Assembly: GCA_049522015.1 (NCBI GenBank)
Contig: JBEKOG010000018.1
Span: forward strand, 17,864-81,863
Direction of reading: 5' to 3'
Origin: Verrucomicrobiota bacterium
GTDB lineage: Bacteria; Verrucomicrobiota; Verrucomicrobiia; Limisphaerales; UBA11358
DNA: 64,000 nucleotides
Of this stretch, positions 62,009-64,000 are shown piece by piece. Numbering within the stretch: the first letter of the stretch is position 1; each line of letters begins with the position of its first letter. Both the position numbers and the translations under genes were made by a program. The notes below the pieces were generated by a model that saw nothing but the letters and a program-made list of their open reading frames with translations, did not search any database and had not been told where the DNA came from.

Positions 62009-63139
62009 TCAAGGTTGGTCACTGATCTTCAGATACAACTGCTCGCGGCCGTAGTAGCCGCTGTTGTAGAAAAGGGCGGCGCGACCATCGGGCAAGAGGT
62101 GAATGAACTGTCGCCATAGGTTGTAGCCCTCGCCAGCGTCGAGCGCGGCCTTCGGGATGTCTTTAACCCATTCAATCGGCTCCGGCGCGAAATGCCATCC
62201 CTGCACCGGCCATTCCTCATCGCACCACGCAAAGCCGCCCAGGCTCGGCGGCGGCTCTTCGGTCCAGACGGCTTTCTGGCCAGGATCCGGCGCGGTGGGC
62301 GACGCGTTGACCACTGCCACCCATTTGTGTTGACGACCGCGCAGGAGTTGGAGGCCGCCAACCCAACCCGAAGCCCAGTGCCCCACCTGCTGGCAAGGCT
62401 CGAGGACCACGCCTCGTTTGGTTGCGACTGTCTCGCCCAGCTTTTGTGTCGCGACCGCCTGTGCCGAGCCAAACGGGCTGATCTTCCGCTGTTGCGCTTT
62501 GCGCGGATAGCCCATGTAGAAATACAGAAACTCCTTGCGTTCCGGAAAATAGTAGCCGGTGACCGCATCTGTGTGCTTGGCGTCGAATTCGTCCTCCGCG
62601 CCAGGCGGAATAATCGGTTGAGGCTCGAACGTCCACGGGCCGGCGAGCTTTTTCGCCCACGCGCGCTGGACTTGTTTGTGCCCGTCCTTAAAGCTTACCA
62701 CGAGCAGCCAATAGCGCCCGTCAACCTTCGCGGCCTGATTCGGATGGTCTGGGTCCATCACGATGAAGGGCTTGTGGAATCCGCCCACCGCCTCCGGGTT
62801 GGTCACCGGCAGGGGACCTTCTAACTTCCATTGTCCCGGTCCGAGATTCTCGCGATTCGTGCAGATGGCCTGGGCGTGTCCCCAAGGATCGCAGAACAGT
62901 ACCATTCGCCAGCCTTGGATCGCTTCATCCCAGACAATGCACGGGTCGCCGCTCACGCCCTGGTCGCTACGCTGCCGTTGCAGCACCACGCCCCGCCGAG
63001 TCCACGAACTCGGGATCGCGAAGCCGCCGCGCAGTTTCGAGTTGGCCGCGGGTTTTGGGGAAACCTCCTGCGCGTGGGCCGCGCTCGTCACGACGCTGGC
63101 CCCGCAAAGAAGGGGAAGGATCAACAACAGTGGTCTCAT
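62009..63139 (-). CDS. secreted hypothetical protein (376 aa), possibly glycoside-hydrolase-like beta-propeller
   Basis: Inside ORF 62009..63535; ATG at 63139 gives MRPLLLILPLLCGASVVTSAAHAQ (signal). The upstream part of the listed ORF runs through the 150-bp repeat. Fold guess is weak. Confidence 0.55.
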   Translation of the reverse strand: MRPLLLILPLLCGASVVTSAAHAQEVSPKPAANSKLRGGFAIPSSWTRRGVVLQRQRSDQGVSGDPCIVWDEAIQGWRMVLFCDPWGHAQAICTNRENLGPGQWKLEGPLPVTNPEAVGGFHKPFIVMDPDHPNQAAKVDGRYWLLVVSFKDGHKQVQRAWAKKLAGPWTFEPQPIIPPGAEDEFDAKHTDAVTGYYFPERKEFLYFYMGYPRKAQQRKISPFGSAQAVATQKLGETVATKRGVVLEPCQQVGHWASGWVGGLQLLRGRQHKWVAVVNASPTAPDPGQKAVWTEEPPPSLGGFAWCDEEWPVQGWHFAPEPIEWVKDIPKAALDAGEGYNLWRQFIHLLPDGRAALFYNSGYYGREQLYLKISDQP

Positions 63140-63160
63140 ATGCTCATGGTCCAGGCTTGT

Positions 63161-63310
63161 GCCGAACGTCCAGAGTTCAGGCACGCGGGGCTGATGACGT
63201 CCTCCGCGAAAGCGGAACCCCGAAGGCTTTCGGGGCTGGCCGGCTGTACGCCATCCCGTTGCCTGCTCGCGATGCTGTTTATCGGAGTTGCCTGCAGCGA
63301 TTTGTTCGGC
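63161..63310 (-). repeat. 150-bp attC-like repeat, copy B
   Basis: Starts GCCGAAC and ends GTTCGGC. Central hairpin CCCCGAAGGCTTTCGGGG. About 94 percent identical to 63625-63774, with similarity ending exactly at both cores. Confidence 0.5.
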
Positions 63311-63365
63311 GTTTTCATTTGCTGCCACGATTGAAACTCTGGCCGCGAAATGGTAGCATGATCTC

Positions 63366-63596
63366 ATGGAATACGACAAAGACAAAGTCGACGAGATGGT
63401 GCTCGCACTTCTCTTCCTGACAATCCATGACAACGGACGTGCATGGAAAGGACACGACTGGGATGCGATGAACCGGCTGCACAACAAGGGAATGATCCTC
63501 GATCCGGTGGGCAAGGCCAAATCGGTCGTGCTCACCGAACAAGGTGAGAAACGGTGCGAGGAACTCTTCCGTAAACATTTTTGTTCTTCCCTCTGA
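63366..63596 (+). CDS. DUF6429-like small protein (76 aa)
   Basis: MEYDKDKVDEMVLALLFLTIHDNGRAWKGHDWDAMNRLHNKGMILDPVGKAKSVVLTEQGEKRCEELF matches the DUF6429 pattern as I recall it. Confidence 0.55.
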   Translation: MEYDKDKVDEMVLALLFLTIHDNGRAWKGHDWDAMNRLHNKGMILDPVGKAKSVVLTEQGEKRCEELFRKHFCSSL

Positions 63597-63624
63597 AGGC
63601 CGAAACCTCGGACGGCCCCCTCAC

Positions 63625-63774
63625 GCCGAACGTCCAGAGCTCAGGCACGCGGGACCGATGACGTAGTCCGCGAAAGCGGAACCCCGAAGGCTTTCGGGGC
63701 TGGACGGCTGTACGCCATCCCGCCGCCTGCTCGCGATGCTGTTTATCGGAGTTGCCTGCAGCGATTTGTTCGGC
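63625..63774 (-). repeat. 150-bp attC-like repeat, copy C
   Basis: See copy B. Begins 14 nt downstream (minus strand) of the stop of the partial transporter gene. Confidence 0.5.
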
Positions 63775-63790
63775 CAACGGATTGTCATGG

Positions 63791-64000
63791 CTACTTGTGC
63801 TGTAATTGGGAAACCGCCTGTGGTGTCGCTCCGCCGGTTGGCTTCGCCTGCCCACTGGTACTAATCAGTGCCGCACCAATCATGCTTAGTATCACTCCTG
63901 CCCAGCGAAGTGAAGAAACGTGCTCGTGTAGAAAAATAGCCCCAGCGACCGTAGCGACCACAAAACCGAGGCCCGTAAGAGGCCATAGAAAGCTGATGTC
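63791..64000 (-). CDS. DMT/SMR-superfamily (EamA/ArnE-like) small transporter, partial (N-terminus beyond window end)
   Basis: Manual minus-strand translation from 64000: DISFLWPLTGLGFVVATVAGAIFLHEHVSSLRWAGVILSMIGAALISTSGQAKPTGG...HK, stop at 63791-63793. Not in the ORF track because it runs off the edge. Confidence 0.5.
   Translation of the reverse strand, partial: DISFLWPLTGLGFVVATVAGAIFLHEHVSSLRWAGVILSMIGAALISTSGQAKPTGGATPQAVSQLQHK

Overview
This is a high-GC chromosomal window. The gene content suggests a Verrucomicrobiota/PVC-type bacterium: PEP-CTERM proteins, many TAT-signal Gfo/Idh/MocA oxidoreductases, DUF1080, ThuA, and GT-C membrane glycosyltransferases. That lineage call is inference from content only. 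Core genes I recognise are split-type class I fumarate hydratase (alpha and beta), a lipoate-ligase-family gene, aceE, amgK-murU, apbE, an lptF/G-family permease, cdsA, dxr, tRNA-Phe(GAA) and tRNA-Ala(CGC). Three accessory regions stand out. (1) A ~14.9 kb integrative element sits in the 3' end of tRNA-Phe (40618-55516), bounded by an exact 24-bp direct repeat. It carries a tyrosine recombinase, an excisionase-like HTH, a 1.7k-aa methyltransferase-SNF2 helicase flanked by two paralogous XRE regulators, a TrbI/VirB10-like operon, a MOBF relaxase missing its catalytic N-terminus, PEP-CTERM cargo and an IS66 remnant. It looks like a decayed ICE/IME. (2) Downstream of dxr (60.6 kb to the window end) tightly packed small genes are separated by imperfect palindromes with inverse cores (GCCTAAC/GCCGAAC ... 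GTTAGGC/GTTCGGC). These behave like integron attC sites, so this may be an integron cassette array whose integrase, if any, lies beyond 64000. (3) A toxin-antitoxin islet splits the fumarate hydratase alpha and beta genes, and an MFS transporter gene has its middle replaced by an NCS1-like permease. Several housekeeping CDSs carry in-frame GC-rich palindromic or heptamer-repeat insertions. No CRISPR array or rRNA was seen. All function calls come from reading the translations, not from database searches.
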